This document shows, piece after piece, positions 1 through 12,000 of a DNA stretch of 64,000 bases. The first letter of the stretch is position 1; each line of letters opens with the position of its first letter. Origin of the DNA: Chiloscyllium plagiosum (taxonomy: Eukaryota); contig NC_057712.1 of the NCBI RefSeq assembly GCF_004010195.1, forward strand, positions 6,251,299 through 6,315,298, in the 5' to 3' direction. The notes beneath the pieces were generated by a model. It worked only from the letters and a program-made list of their open reading frames with translations, did not search any database and had not been told where the DNA came from. The position numbers were made by a program, and so were the translations under genes.

Positions 1-1220
1 TTTCTGAAGAAGTAACAAAGAGGATTGATGAGGGCAGAGTGGTGGACGTGATCTATATGGACTTTAGTAAGGCATTCAACAAGGCTCTTCATGGTAGTCT
101 GGTTAGCAAGGTTAGATCACTTAGGGAGAACTAGCCATTTGGATGCAGAACTGGCTTGAAGGTAGAAGACAGAGGGTAGTGGTGGTTACTTTTCAGATTG
201 GAGGCCTGTGCCCAGCGGAGTGCCACAAAGATCGGTGCTGGGTCCACTACTTTTCTTCATTTATATAAATGATTTGGTTGTGAACATAGGTGGTATAGTT
301 AGTAAGTTTGCAGATGACAACAAAATTGGAGGTGTAGTGGACAGCAAATAAGGTTAACTCAGAGTACAACGGGATCTTGATCAGATGGGCCAACAGGCCA
401 AGGTGTGTCAGATGGAGTTTAATTTAGATAAATGTGAGATGCTGCATTTTGGAAAGGCCAATCTTAGCAGGACTTATACACTTAACGGTAAGGTCCTGGG
501 GAGTGTTGCTGAACAAAGAGACCTTGGAGCACAAGTTCATAGCTCCCTGTAAGTGGAGTCAGAGATAAATAGGATAGTGAAGAAGGTGTTTAGTATGCTT
601 TCCTTTATTGGGCAGAGTATGGAGTATAGGAGTTGGGAGGTCATGTAGCGGCTGTATAGGAAATTGGTTAGGCCACATTTGGAATATTGTGTGCAGCTCT
701 GGTCTTCCTCCTATAGGGAGGATATTGTGAAACTTGAATGGGTTCAGAACAGATTACAAGGATGTTGTCAGGGTAGGAGGGTTTGAGCTACAGGGAGAGT
801 CTGAATACGCTGGGGCTGTTTTCCCTGGAGCATCAGAGGCTGAGGGGTGACCATATAGAGATTTATAGGGGTTTATAAAAATCATGAGGGGCATGGATAG
901 GATAAATAGACAAGGTATGTTCCCTGGGGTGAGCGAGTCCAGAACTAGAGGGCATAAGTTTAGGATGAGAAGGGAAAAATTTAAAAGGGACTTAAGGGGC
1001 AACTTTTTCACACAAAGGGTGGTGCATGTATGGAATGAGCTGCCAGAGAAAGCGTGAAGGCTGGTATAAGTACAACATTTAAAAGATATCTGGATGGATA
1101 CATGAATAGGAAGGATTTAGAGGGATATGAGCCAAGTGCTGGCAAATGGGACTCGGTTTATTTAAGATATCTGGTCGGCATGGACGAGTTGGACTTAAGG
1201 ATCTGTTTCCATGCTGTACC
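1..1220 (+). mobile_element. CR1-clade LINE, 3' part of ORF2 (RT) plus 3' UTR, degenerate, cut by the window start
   Basis: Translates to RT motifs VDVIYMDFSKAF, VPQ(R)SVLGPLLF and SKFADD, then typical CR1 C-terminal sequence with stops. Closely similar to the copy at 22975-25265. Confidence 0.9.
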
Positions 1221-1221
1221 G

Positions 1222-1292
1222 GAGGGTCGGTGTGGACTGGATGGGCCGAAGGGTCTGTTTCCACACTGTAGGGAATCTAATCTAATCTCAAT
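1222..1292 (+). mobile_element. 3' tail of an HE1/V-SINE with (TCTAA)n
   Basis: GGGTCGGTGTGGACT...GGGCCGAAGGGTCTGTTTCCACACTGTAGGGAATCTAATCTAATC matches the 3' end of the SINE at 43448-43676. Confidence 0.7.
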
Positions 1293-2139
1293 GACTCATG
1301 ACTCTGTGTGTACTTATGATCTCTTCAAAGTAGATGTCAGCTTTTTTTCCCACAATACAGAACATAGCAATCCTTTGTTAAATATGCATGACAATAATTG
1401 ATCAACTTTACCATCTAGATAGTATAATTGCTTCTTGATTAGCTGTGGACTCGTGTCTAGAAATAACCCAAGAGTGATTCACAGGGTCCTGCAACCTTCA
1501 CAGTTCCAGTGCTAACGTTGAATACAAAATGTAATTTGACACAAATAAGATGCATGTAATTAAATTACTTCAGCTGCCATTGTCCAAGAAACTATTAGTT
1601 TCCTTTCCACAGATGTGTATTATCTCATTGTTTGTACATATCAAGACAACTAATAATCACAAATCATCTATTGTGAATTTAAAATTAACTTCTATCTGCA
1701 AGAAAATGTTAGAAATGGAGACAATCAGGATCTGTCTAGAAATTACAACATTTTCATTCTGGATAAATATGCTCCAAACAGGGAAGCCAAATTGATGAAT
1801 TTTATATCATGAATAGTATTATGCACAAAGTATCCCTCATACCTACATATCTACCTCTGTTGTTTAAGCAACAACTATACAGCATAATGAAATTTTGAAT
1901 TGAATTGAAGATAGAGTGAAAACAACAGTTTCTCCAGGCACACCCTATAGAACATTTTCCTTTAAAATGCTTCATTTAACAGAGCAGTCACGACACTAGG
2001 TGGCAAACTAACCCTAAGTATTATGGTTTCAGCATGCTTTACAATGCCAACATTTACATTAACTTCAGCTTACGTCAGTATCCAATCCAATATCAAAGAA
2101 TTTAAGTGATAACACTCTGACTAATGAGATAGGTATATA

Positions 2140-2420
2140 ATCATAGGATCCCTACAGCGTGGAATTAGGCCATTCGGCCCATTGAGTCCACACAGCCCTC
2201 CAAAGAGCATCCCATCCTAGTAACCCTACATTTCCCATAGTCAAACCACCGTGCCTGCACAACTTTGGATTGCAAAAGGAGCTGGAGCATTCAGAGAAAA
2301 CTCACACAGATACAGGGAGAACGTGCAAACTTCACAGACAGCCGCCCAAGGTTGGAACTGAACCAAGATATCTAGCACTGTGGGGCAGCAGTGCTAACTA
2401 CTGAGCCACTGTGCCACCCT
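2140..2420 (-). mobile_element. tRNA-derived V-SINE (HE1-like)
   Basis: The reverse strand reads GGGTGGCACAGTGGCTCAGTAGTTAGCACTGCTGCC (A box), then the V-domain GTTTGCACGTTCTCCCTGT. Confidence 0.8.
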
Positions 2421-2635
2421 ACATATTCATAACTATTTTCAATATATGATATTAATTCTATAAATTGAATCATTGCATATGCATAGAAGCCTCCAAAAAC
2501 TGCATTGATGCTACATGTACAAATATTTCCTTAGAAAACTAAAACTGATATCAATATGGAAAGTTCATACCTATGAAAATATAACCTAGTACCTCAAAGT
2601 CTGAATGTCACTCAGGACACAGCAGTGGAACGACA

Positions 2636-2762
2636 CTGATCTGCAGATGTTGAAGATCTGTAACAAAAACAGAAATTGCTGCAGAAACTCAGCAGGTCTG
2701 GCAGTATCTGTGGGAAGAAAGCAGAGTTAGTTACATGTTCAGTGACCCTTAACCTGAACTGT
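2636..2762 (-). mobile_element. Penelope-like pseudo-LTR fragment, degenerate
   Basis: CTGCAGATG...AAAAACAGAAATTGCTG.AGAAACTCAGCAGGTCTGGCAG.ATCTGTGG, shared with the copies at 47785, 54800 and 60772. Confidence 0.6.
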
Positions 2763-2919
2763 CCACAGCTAGGAAAATCTGATATAAATGTTGAAGATGA
2801 GATTGGAGTAGTGTGTTTCTGGGAGGTGGTTGACCTTGACTGGGGGATGTCACAAGACCCCTGGGGTGGGGAAGGGGCTGGAGAATAGGGAGCAGGACTG
2901 GATGGGGGTGGGGGTGTCA

Positions 2920-3030
2920 CCCAGGGCAGGTGTGATTGGGGGAAGGTCAGCTTGAGCAGGTATGGACAGGTGTGGGGGAGGGGCTGCTGCTGATGAGCGC
3001 GTGACCCGGGGCCCGGGTTAAATGGTGCGC
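2920..3030 (+). promoter_or_regulatory. Putative proximal promoter of ZPAX copy A
   Basis: E-boxes CAGGTG at 2927-2932 and 2967-2972, inverted CCAAT (ATTGG) at 2935-2939, a CpG-rich patch, and TATA-like TTAAAT at about 3018-3023, about 40 bp before ATG 3060. E-boxes bound by FIGLA are an established feature of vertebrate ZP promoters. Confidence 0.6.
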
Positions 3031-3059
3031 GCCTCCTCCCCCTCTCTGTCACTTTTACA

Positions 3060-6000
3060 ATGGGAGCTGGGACAGCAGTTGCTGCTCAGCCAGGGGCTAG
3101 ATTGTGGATTATGGCATCGATCCTGCTCTTTGGGTGAGTCTGTGCGATGGGGAGAAAGTTGGAAACGGGATGGACGCTCCCATGTTTTTGCTAATTGCTT
3201 CTTCCTCTCTTTAACAGTTTGATATTATCGGTGTCTGCAACAGCTCCTGAAGTCTGGATGCAAAGTGCCCCTCCAGGTCAGTGTTCTATCCAAAGATAAA
3301 GTGTTTGTTTCGTGCTTTGACTCTGAGCTGGTGTCTTTAATGTTGAAGAACTTTCTTTAATCTATTGTTGTAGGTTTGCTGAAGGCTGAATGCCGCGACA
3401 GTGTCTTTTGGGTTGGACTGAATAAGGATTTTCTTGCCGGGAAGTTCTGGCAGATTAGCATTGTTGGTGAGTGTTGCTGCTTTACCTTGGAGTCGGTGTG
3501 TAACAGATCTCTGTTCCCAATATTGGTCTGATGGACCCATCCGTTGTATACCTTTCCTGAGACTGCAAACAATTCCCTGTTTTTTTTTGCTTCACCTCAA
3601 TCTATAAATAACTGGTTGCTTTTACAGTCTTGTAAATTCTTAATGCTTGAATCTTTAAATATTTAAAGTATTAAGCTTCAAACAAAACTTTCACTGATCA
3701 ACAAAGTGTGCAGAAGTAACAACTCTTTTTTTTCAAAGTGATGTTTCATGGTAGTTTTCAGTTGCTGATTCCTTTGGATACAGACAAGATTGTCAGACCT
3801 GTTTTGAATTAGTCCCTGCTCTTTCTGATCTTGTATTTGCCTAACTTGGTATAAAAGCTCTTTGGATGCTACCAGAACTGCTGTGCTCTTCCAGCACCAC
3901 TAACCCAGTTCCTAACTTGGTATTCCCATTGAATCTTGATTTTACTCATGGATTGGTTCATGGTGTGTAAATATTCTGATGTGAAGGACTGTCCTGTTTA
4001 TCTTTGTACTTCTGAAAGTTGGGTTGTCTCTAAGTTGCAATTAGAATTTCCCTTGGGTAGTCTTTGACAGTCTCATGAGATTAAATCTTGATGTTTTGAA
4101 CAGTGGTGAAAGTAACATGGTTTTTGATTTGACTGTTCAGGGTTTGTCTGAACTGCTACTGACCAGTTTTAACTTCCAGGTGTTTATTATGCTTTCCTTT
4201 GGTCAGTACATTGAGGTATAGGAGTTGGAAGGTCATGTTGGAGCTGTACAGGACACTTGGGTCACTTTTGGGATATGAAATTACATTCTAGTCTCCTTTA
4301 GGGAGGATGTTGTGAAGCTAAGGGGAGGTGCTGAAAAAGGCTGGAGGCTACCTTCCCCTGAAGTGTTTGAGGCTGAGGGGTGATCTTTGATCTTTACAAG
4401 ATCATGAGGGGCATAGGATGAATAAATGTATGTTCTTGGGTTAGTGCAGTCCAAAACTAAAGGGTATAAGTCAACATAAGAGGGAAAATTCAAAAGGGGC
4501 AACTTTTTTCATGCATAGGGTGGTGCATATATGGAATGAGCTGAAATCTTCAAAGGCATCTGGATGGGTAAATGAATAGTGAAGGTTTTTGGGGTATGGG
4601 CCAAATGTTGACAAATAGGATTAATCTAGAATATCTCATTGGCAAGGATGAGTTAGACCAAAGGATCTGTTTCCATTCTGTACATCTCTGAATGCTACTA
4701 GTACAGATTTGCAGACTTGTTTATCTCCAAATCTAGAAATGATCATTGTGTGTAGTGATCAGGCATTACTACATCTCCCAATGCAAAAATCAAACTGGCC
4801 ATTTGTTTGTATTGTGGAGTGTTAACACTTGACTTTCCCCCTCTCCAGAAGTGATAGCTCACTGCTTAGTGATTTTGTTTTTTAATTTTTTTTCAGAACC
4901 AACTTACTTCTATATCACAGGCCAATATGTGACAACATGCTGCTATTTTAATCTGTAATGTGATTTTTTTTTTCCCTTAATTTTTGACTTTCACTAGAAA
5001 TTGGGCCTGACATAAGCTATTTCATAGTCCATAACTGAACTGGAAGTTGTGTTGAAGCTGGATTATCCTAGTCTGGGAAGTGCTCTGTAATGAGTTGATT
5101 GCATACTTAACTTTTAATTATTTCTCAAAAAAGCCACCCCAATGAAGTGGCATGCATCTGGCCCTGGTGTTAGCTGATTCAAAAGCCAAATTGCACCTTT
5201 AACTTATGCTGTTACTGGAGCAGCATAGATCCAATTTATTGGAAAGTGTTTACTCATCTTGGATGACTTGCACGATGACCAATTTTAAACCATTGCAAAT
5301 AGTATAATGGCATTAAGATCAAGGAACAGTAAAGGAATCATTCTATGTACTTAGGATATGGGAGCATGGAGTTTCTGGCTTTTAGTTTGCATTTTTGATA
5401 GTTAAGGTTAAAATCCACGAAACTTCAGTTACAATTGAAGGGTAGTGTTGGTCATATGTTAAAGTGCAACTTGACCTTTTGTACTGAGTTTGAGAAGGTG
5501 AAGGAACCAGAATGTAGTCTTATGAATTGGGGAAGTTAGCTACATTGGGAATGCCTACATCCTTAGGCACTTGCATTTCTCAGAGCAATAGGCAGCTTTG
5601 AGTTACTCTGCACTCCTCTGATCCTGGAGTAATGAAAATTATTCAGTTGAGAAAACAATCCGACCCAAGGCTGTGGTGTGTAGTGCGTATGTAGGTTGAC
5701 AACCTTTGTGTCAGGAAGTCTGGCCCAAGATGAGAAATTGCTCTACCACAAAATAGTTGAAGCCAAAATATTGATCCACTGTTATAAGTATCAGAATATG
5801 GGAGGGAGGAGAAACAGGAGAAGCCCAGTGGATGTTCAATGATGTGAAATGGCAAGTGAGCTTGAAGGGTCAAATGTCTATCTTCAGTATAATTTCCTTC
5901 TGAAAACTCCAAGGCATACTTGAACAGCAGTATGCTGACTGGATGTAGCCACTATCAAAACATATATCCCTGTTAAACTGTGGTGTTCATTCATCATGAA

Positions 6001-9000
6001 ATGAGCCACAATGGCATTGGAGGTGACTTACTCTGTTGGAAAAATCATTCTAGACTGTAGATAGCTGCTCTCAGGTGGTCATTACTCATCCTGATGAGTA
6101 ATCATGGGATTTATAATATCACAACAGGAAGCTTTAGCCATGGATTAACTTCTGACAATACAGACTAGCTTGATAAACTTGAGCCAAAATTCTGTTGGGT
6201 ACAGAACATGCTAGTTGTGACTTAACTAACACTGCATGAATTAACAATCTTTAGCTTGATAACAGACTGAAGCTTATCCCAGCCAAGAGGGAGCTTGGCC
6301 GATCAGTCAGATTTGACTTTCCCACCTTCAATGATGTATATTGAGTTTTTAAATCTTTGCATACAAACACTGGCAATGGTGAGGCATCTTGGTTTCCCAT
6401 ACCAGCTGAATTGCCTGCTTTCTGAATACATGCTGAATAGCAGTAGCATGGGAGTATCACCTGAGTTCTGCTCCAAGCCACTGATCATCCTGACTTAATA
6501 TCCCTACTTTAGTGCTGTAACTGCATTGGACTCTACCTACAGCATGTGGACTGCAATGATTTCAGGCAGCTCACCACCTTCAAGGGCAATTAGGGATGGG
6601 AAATATTGACTGAGTGCTCATCTCCTGTAAGTGAATTCCAGAATTAGAAACGTACCTTCTTAACACTTGGCCTGCTAATCCAACCTTGGCTCAACCAGAT
6701 ACAAAACTAGACTGCAAACATTCTGGATTAGTGGTGCTGGAAGAGCACAGTAGTTCAGGCAGCATCCAAGGAGCAGCGAAATTGACGTTTTGGGCAAAAG
6801 CCCTTCAGGGTTTTTGCCCAAAACATTGATTTTGCTGCTCCTTGGATGCTGCCTGAACTACTGTGCTCTTCCAGCATCTGCAGTCATTGTTTTTTACCTT
6901 GCAAACATACTGACCGAGCCTGATGTGCACAAACAGCAATTGACCAATATCGTGCCCTGTGGAGTGTTACAGGACACCAGTTTCTAGTCACATCCACTTT
7001 CTGAATAGTGTGGTCTCAGCCTGTTTCTAAGCCAGTTTTGGATCCAAGCTGCTCTGGTTCTGACTACTTTGGCTGGTAGTCTGCAAGACCTTGTCAAAAG
7101 AAAATCAAGCAAGTTGCATCATCAACTGCACTACCCTCTCTGATCCATCTTGTCACCTGTACAACTTAACCTGTCTGACGTGATCTTATGATAGTCATGC
7201 TGACTGTTTTTGATTTAACTCTTGCCTGTGTTTTTTTTTTGGCAATACTTTCCCATCAATAGGGACTGTTGACACTGGGCTAAGGTTCACTGATCTGCCC
7301 ATATTGTCATCGTTGAATAATTTCAGGCCACGAGCTGGCCTTCAGTCCTCTAACACACCTGTGACCAAAAGATTTTAAAATTCAGGCCCCTGCATTCTCT
7401 CCTCCCTTGCTTTCCACAGCACCCTGGGGTATATCTCATCTAGGTCCTCTAAACCAATTAATACTCCCTCTAATTGTGCTGTGTTCACAATGTATCAGTC
7501 TCCTTCTCTGCAAAGTAATTGGTAAAGAAACCAATGACCACCGACTTAACAATTTAAAGTTACATTTACGAAATCCTCTGGCTCCAACTAATTCATTGCT
7601 TGGATTCCTCTTCCAGTTATCCCCTACTCTATACTTTAGCCTTTTGGAAACAAATTTGAGGGAAACTTTCCCTTAAACTAGTGCCCTGCAATCTTCATAT
7701 ACCCATTAAACATCAGCCTCTAGCAAGTGGCATGAACAGTTGCTCCCTGTAAAGATGTTCACTGAATTGCTTCAGTACAACCCATTAGACTTGCCCAAAG
7801 CCAACCATTCTCTCGAAACAAACCCAGTGATCCTGGAACCAAAGCCCTTGGTCCTACACTGACTCAAGCTACACACCCATCTGATGCCTACCTTTTTTAG
7901 AGTGCTAGCAAGCAATCTTGAACCATGAAGATCCTGATTTTTTTTTTTTTTTTTTCAATGTTGTCTACCTCCCCAAATTCTTGATGCAGGACCTCCTTTC
8001 TAATCCATTTGAGGGGTGAGGGTGGTTGTTCACATGGGTACCAACATGCTGCAATCAGTGGCAGCTTGTCTGCAGTTACAGAAGCAGCTAACTATCTTCC
8101 ATGTTAGTTCTTACCATCTGCCCAGGTGGGTCTGACTGCACTTCCCAGAAGAGACCATAACTCTTGCTGTTTTATGGCACAAACTCCTCTTGAGTTAGAT
8201 GCATTCTGGGGTTTATCCTAACTACCGGCTTTTCTTCTGGTCATCTAATCCTTCCCTGACATTGCCTCCCTTAGTTGCAGGCTGACCACTTTTTTAAAAA
8301 TTGTGCTGTCCATGCAACTCTCAGCTTTGCAGATGCTATATGATGTCTCCAACTAATGTTCAAAGCCTGAACAACCCAGTGCTTGAGCTGATCAAACCAG
8401 CGATTCCTGCAGATCAGGTCATCCAAACATGCAGGAGCATCTACAGATGTCCTTAACACAAGGCTGAGCTTCCTTCCCATAACTTGAGTTTTTTTAAAAA
8501 TCCTAAATTTAAACTCTTGTCCTTCCTCAATGCAACTTTAAAGTAGACAAAAATTTGCCCACTATCCATCGATCAGTTCGTTTTGTCATTTGTCAGCCTC
8601 TTTGCATTCCAAAAGGGTTCCTGTTTCTTTCCATTTTCCATCCCTCTAATACAACACTTTATTTTCTACTCCATGGATTCTCAGGAAATTTTTATTTTTA
8701 AAAATCATGCTCTCTTTGCAGAGCAGAGTCAACCACAGGCAATTCAGCTTAATCTTTTTTCTTTCTCAGATCAGTCTGGCTATATTTTTCCTATCACACC
8801 AAGGTTTGCATCCCAGTGTGGTTATACAATTGCAGTGAATCACCAGAATATTGAATTTCGTGCCTCTGTCCTCAGCTGTCATGTCCACAATTTGGTAAGT
8901 ACTTCTCCTACTTCCAGTATGGAGGTACAGTTTCAAATGTGAATTTTTGTCTTGGCCACTATCAGTGTGATGTAAATATTCCTTTTCAGGACAAAGGCAA

Positions 9001-12000
9001 ATGCAGGTTACTGATGCTTGTATAAACACCAATTTTCTTTTTCAATCTTTATTGTTTCAAGAGACCTTCCTTCAAACAGCAAAAATGGGGATGGGTGAGT
9101 GAGGGAGATAACTAATGGAGAACTGGGCTCCTTGCTGGTTTCAGATAAGAAGTTCAATATGCTACGTCACTAAAGGACTCGAGCCTTCAAGCTTACCATA
9201 TGGGGATATGAGTGAAGTGCATAATATGAAGCTATTGCAGAACTATAGATTTTTCTAATGAGTGATCAATTTTGGATTTTCTTGTATTGTGACCAGATGT
9301 TTCAATCTTAGGTACTGTATTTTAAATTGTTTTGCAGAATGATGAACAGTTCAGTCTTGTTATCCAAATAAAACTATCTGGAACTGATGTGGAAGCTTCA
9401 ACATATATCCAAACTCTCTTGTGTATGTATTCACCATGGGCTGCAAGGGAAATCTTTTGTGAAGAAAACTACATGCAGGTAAAAAAACAGCATTGAATGT
9501 AGCTGTCCAGACTGAGAATGTAAGAAATATGGTACAATGGACCTTTTAATCCTAGACACTTAATACTATACTTTTAAATATTTTAATTTAGATGTAAATG
9601 TGTTTTAATTCTCTTTAAGACTAGAGAGCAATCCTTTAGGCTATTCTGCCTTAATTTTCATCAAGGATTGATGTTTTGGTTCTAAATAAAGGCCAAATAG
9701 TTACACACATGCACACCTTGTTGGTTCTTAACCAGAGTATCAGCTCACTCCAGAATGCACTGGTGAATTATTTTGGATAGTGTTCTTTTCAGAGACCGCA
9801 TGTTCCTATCTGACTACTTCATCTGTGCCAAACTTTTACATTAGCTTATGATCGAGTGTTGTGCTCTTTGCCACAATCTTGACATGTGACTTGCATCTGT
9901 ATGCTAGCTACAGAAATGTAGTTGTTTTTCAATTCCTTACAGGTGTCTGTACAAAGAAATATACCAGATATAGACTATGCCCAAGATGCTGAAGATTGGG
10001 CTTTAGTATTTCCGGAAGTAAGTGTTCTTTCTAAAAAATTTTTTAGCTCTTCTAAAATGAGATGAATTGTGCTTAGTGCTGAAAATGTTACTTTCTATAG
10101 TTTGACCATGTTTGGACTCTTGAGTCTGTATTTTAGCCTCCATCTTAATGAACTCCTTGACTGTCCCTGTGAACTACATACACAGAATGCTGAAATCATC
10201 TCCAAATGGAGGGAACTGATGTTCTAATGAGTTGATCTTGTTAGCATCAAATGCTAATGTCAGATCCTACCAGATGATTAACAACTATGGAATTACTTAA
10301 CTTGCTAAAATGAGAATATAAATTAACTACAAACTAAGGAAACCTGGAATTTGCCATACCTCCTGATTCTGAACAGATCACTACTACAGACTTTTGAGTT
10401 TAGTGGCTGGTGAATGGTGTATGTTCAAATCTAGTACAAAAGTTCATGCCTTGATGCCTGCTTCCTTGCCTTTATACAAACTGGTGCTGTGCAACATAAT
10501 GTCTGTAATGGAGAAAGGTAAGTATGGTCCTTTTTGTGGACTTCTCTTGAAGAGAACAAGAAAAGTACTCTAATATTGGTGCAAGTCTTTTCATATTTGA
10601 CACAAACATTAGTTTACTTTTTACTTTCAATATCATTGAACCTTAATGCCAAGTCAACTTCAAGCATTTTAAGTTTTTATATTTGGACTCTGTCAGTTTC
10701 CCTAACTCAATATATTGAATTCCAATAAGGAATTTGAGTAAGTGTATTTTGGTTGTTTTTTTGGTGGGGGTAAACCGCTCAATGCATTAAAGGGATAAAA
10801 TGGGGAAAACTCCTACTCTGACAATCTAATCCCAAAGATAGTAACAGAAATGCTATTGTCTCCAAAGCAGTATGGGAGGGAGAAGGGGAGTTCTGCATTA
10901 CTTAGTAAACTGCAGAAGTTGTTGTGGAAGGCCTAAATTTATGGAGCGTGTTTAAACAAGTGAGATGCTTTGGCAGTTTAAAAGATTAAGAAATAAAGAT
11001 AATGGAATCCTATTGATACTGAAGGAAGCCTATCACAGCTGTGTCATTGAACAACATTAAAATAGAAATCGGATGACACTAAGGCTGAAGGTAAAAGCAT
11101 TCAATCTTTCTAACTTAATTCTAGTGATTGTCAAACTCATTAGTGATCACAATAAGCTAATAGATCGTGTTCTCATAGTGCCAGGTTTCAGACATTACCC
11201 ATTCAGTACCACTGGCTGATATTGTTGTGCATTAAAGGTATATTTTTACTTAAAATCATGTGATAAGTGTTCCATTTAACTAGTTATGATGCCATGTTCA
11301 AATTCCCTTCAAAGGTTCTTTCTGCTGTTCAGTTTTACCATTCTTTTGGGTCTGATCCCAAGAAATCCTCCAGTGCGAAAGTCCCTTCCTCACATTCTGC
11401 TTTCCGAGTTTCCTAAGTGACTGAGATAGGAGGATTTCAATTGCTTATTATGCCATGGTTACTGACAGTCCTGTTACTCTGCAGAAAATTTGTGTAAGGG
11501 CGCACTTAGGTTTTTCCTCCTAGATTTCTAAATGATCTTATTTAAAACCCTTTTCCTCCAAGGAATCTTTTTTACTAAATTTTTTAATGTCTTAAATTAA
11601 GAATTTACATTTCCAATAGTTGAAAGAAGTACATGATATCAAAGTTAAGTGGAAGGCCCTAACCAGTACAACTGCACAGGGTTTTCACCATACTTGCAAG
11701 CTCAGATTTTTTTTGAGGTTTTTGTAGTGCTTAAAATTTATCCAATTTTTTTAAATACTGGATCCATTCTTAAAGAATGAAGTTGAGGTAGCAACTAAGT
11801 ACATGGGCTTTCCACCACTCGGTGATTAGGGTGGCGAGGTAAGAGGAGGAGCAGCCTGTACAAGTGTACAAACAAAGGAACCAATCTCCTCCTCCTGTTC
11901 CAGTGCTTGAGCATGGATGCACCATGAATGGAATTACTTATCCAACTTGTTGCAATGGTTTCATGGAATTTTCATTGATTTTTACTGTTCTAGGCAAGTA

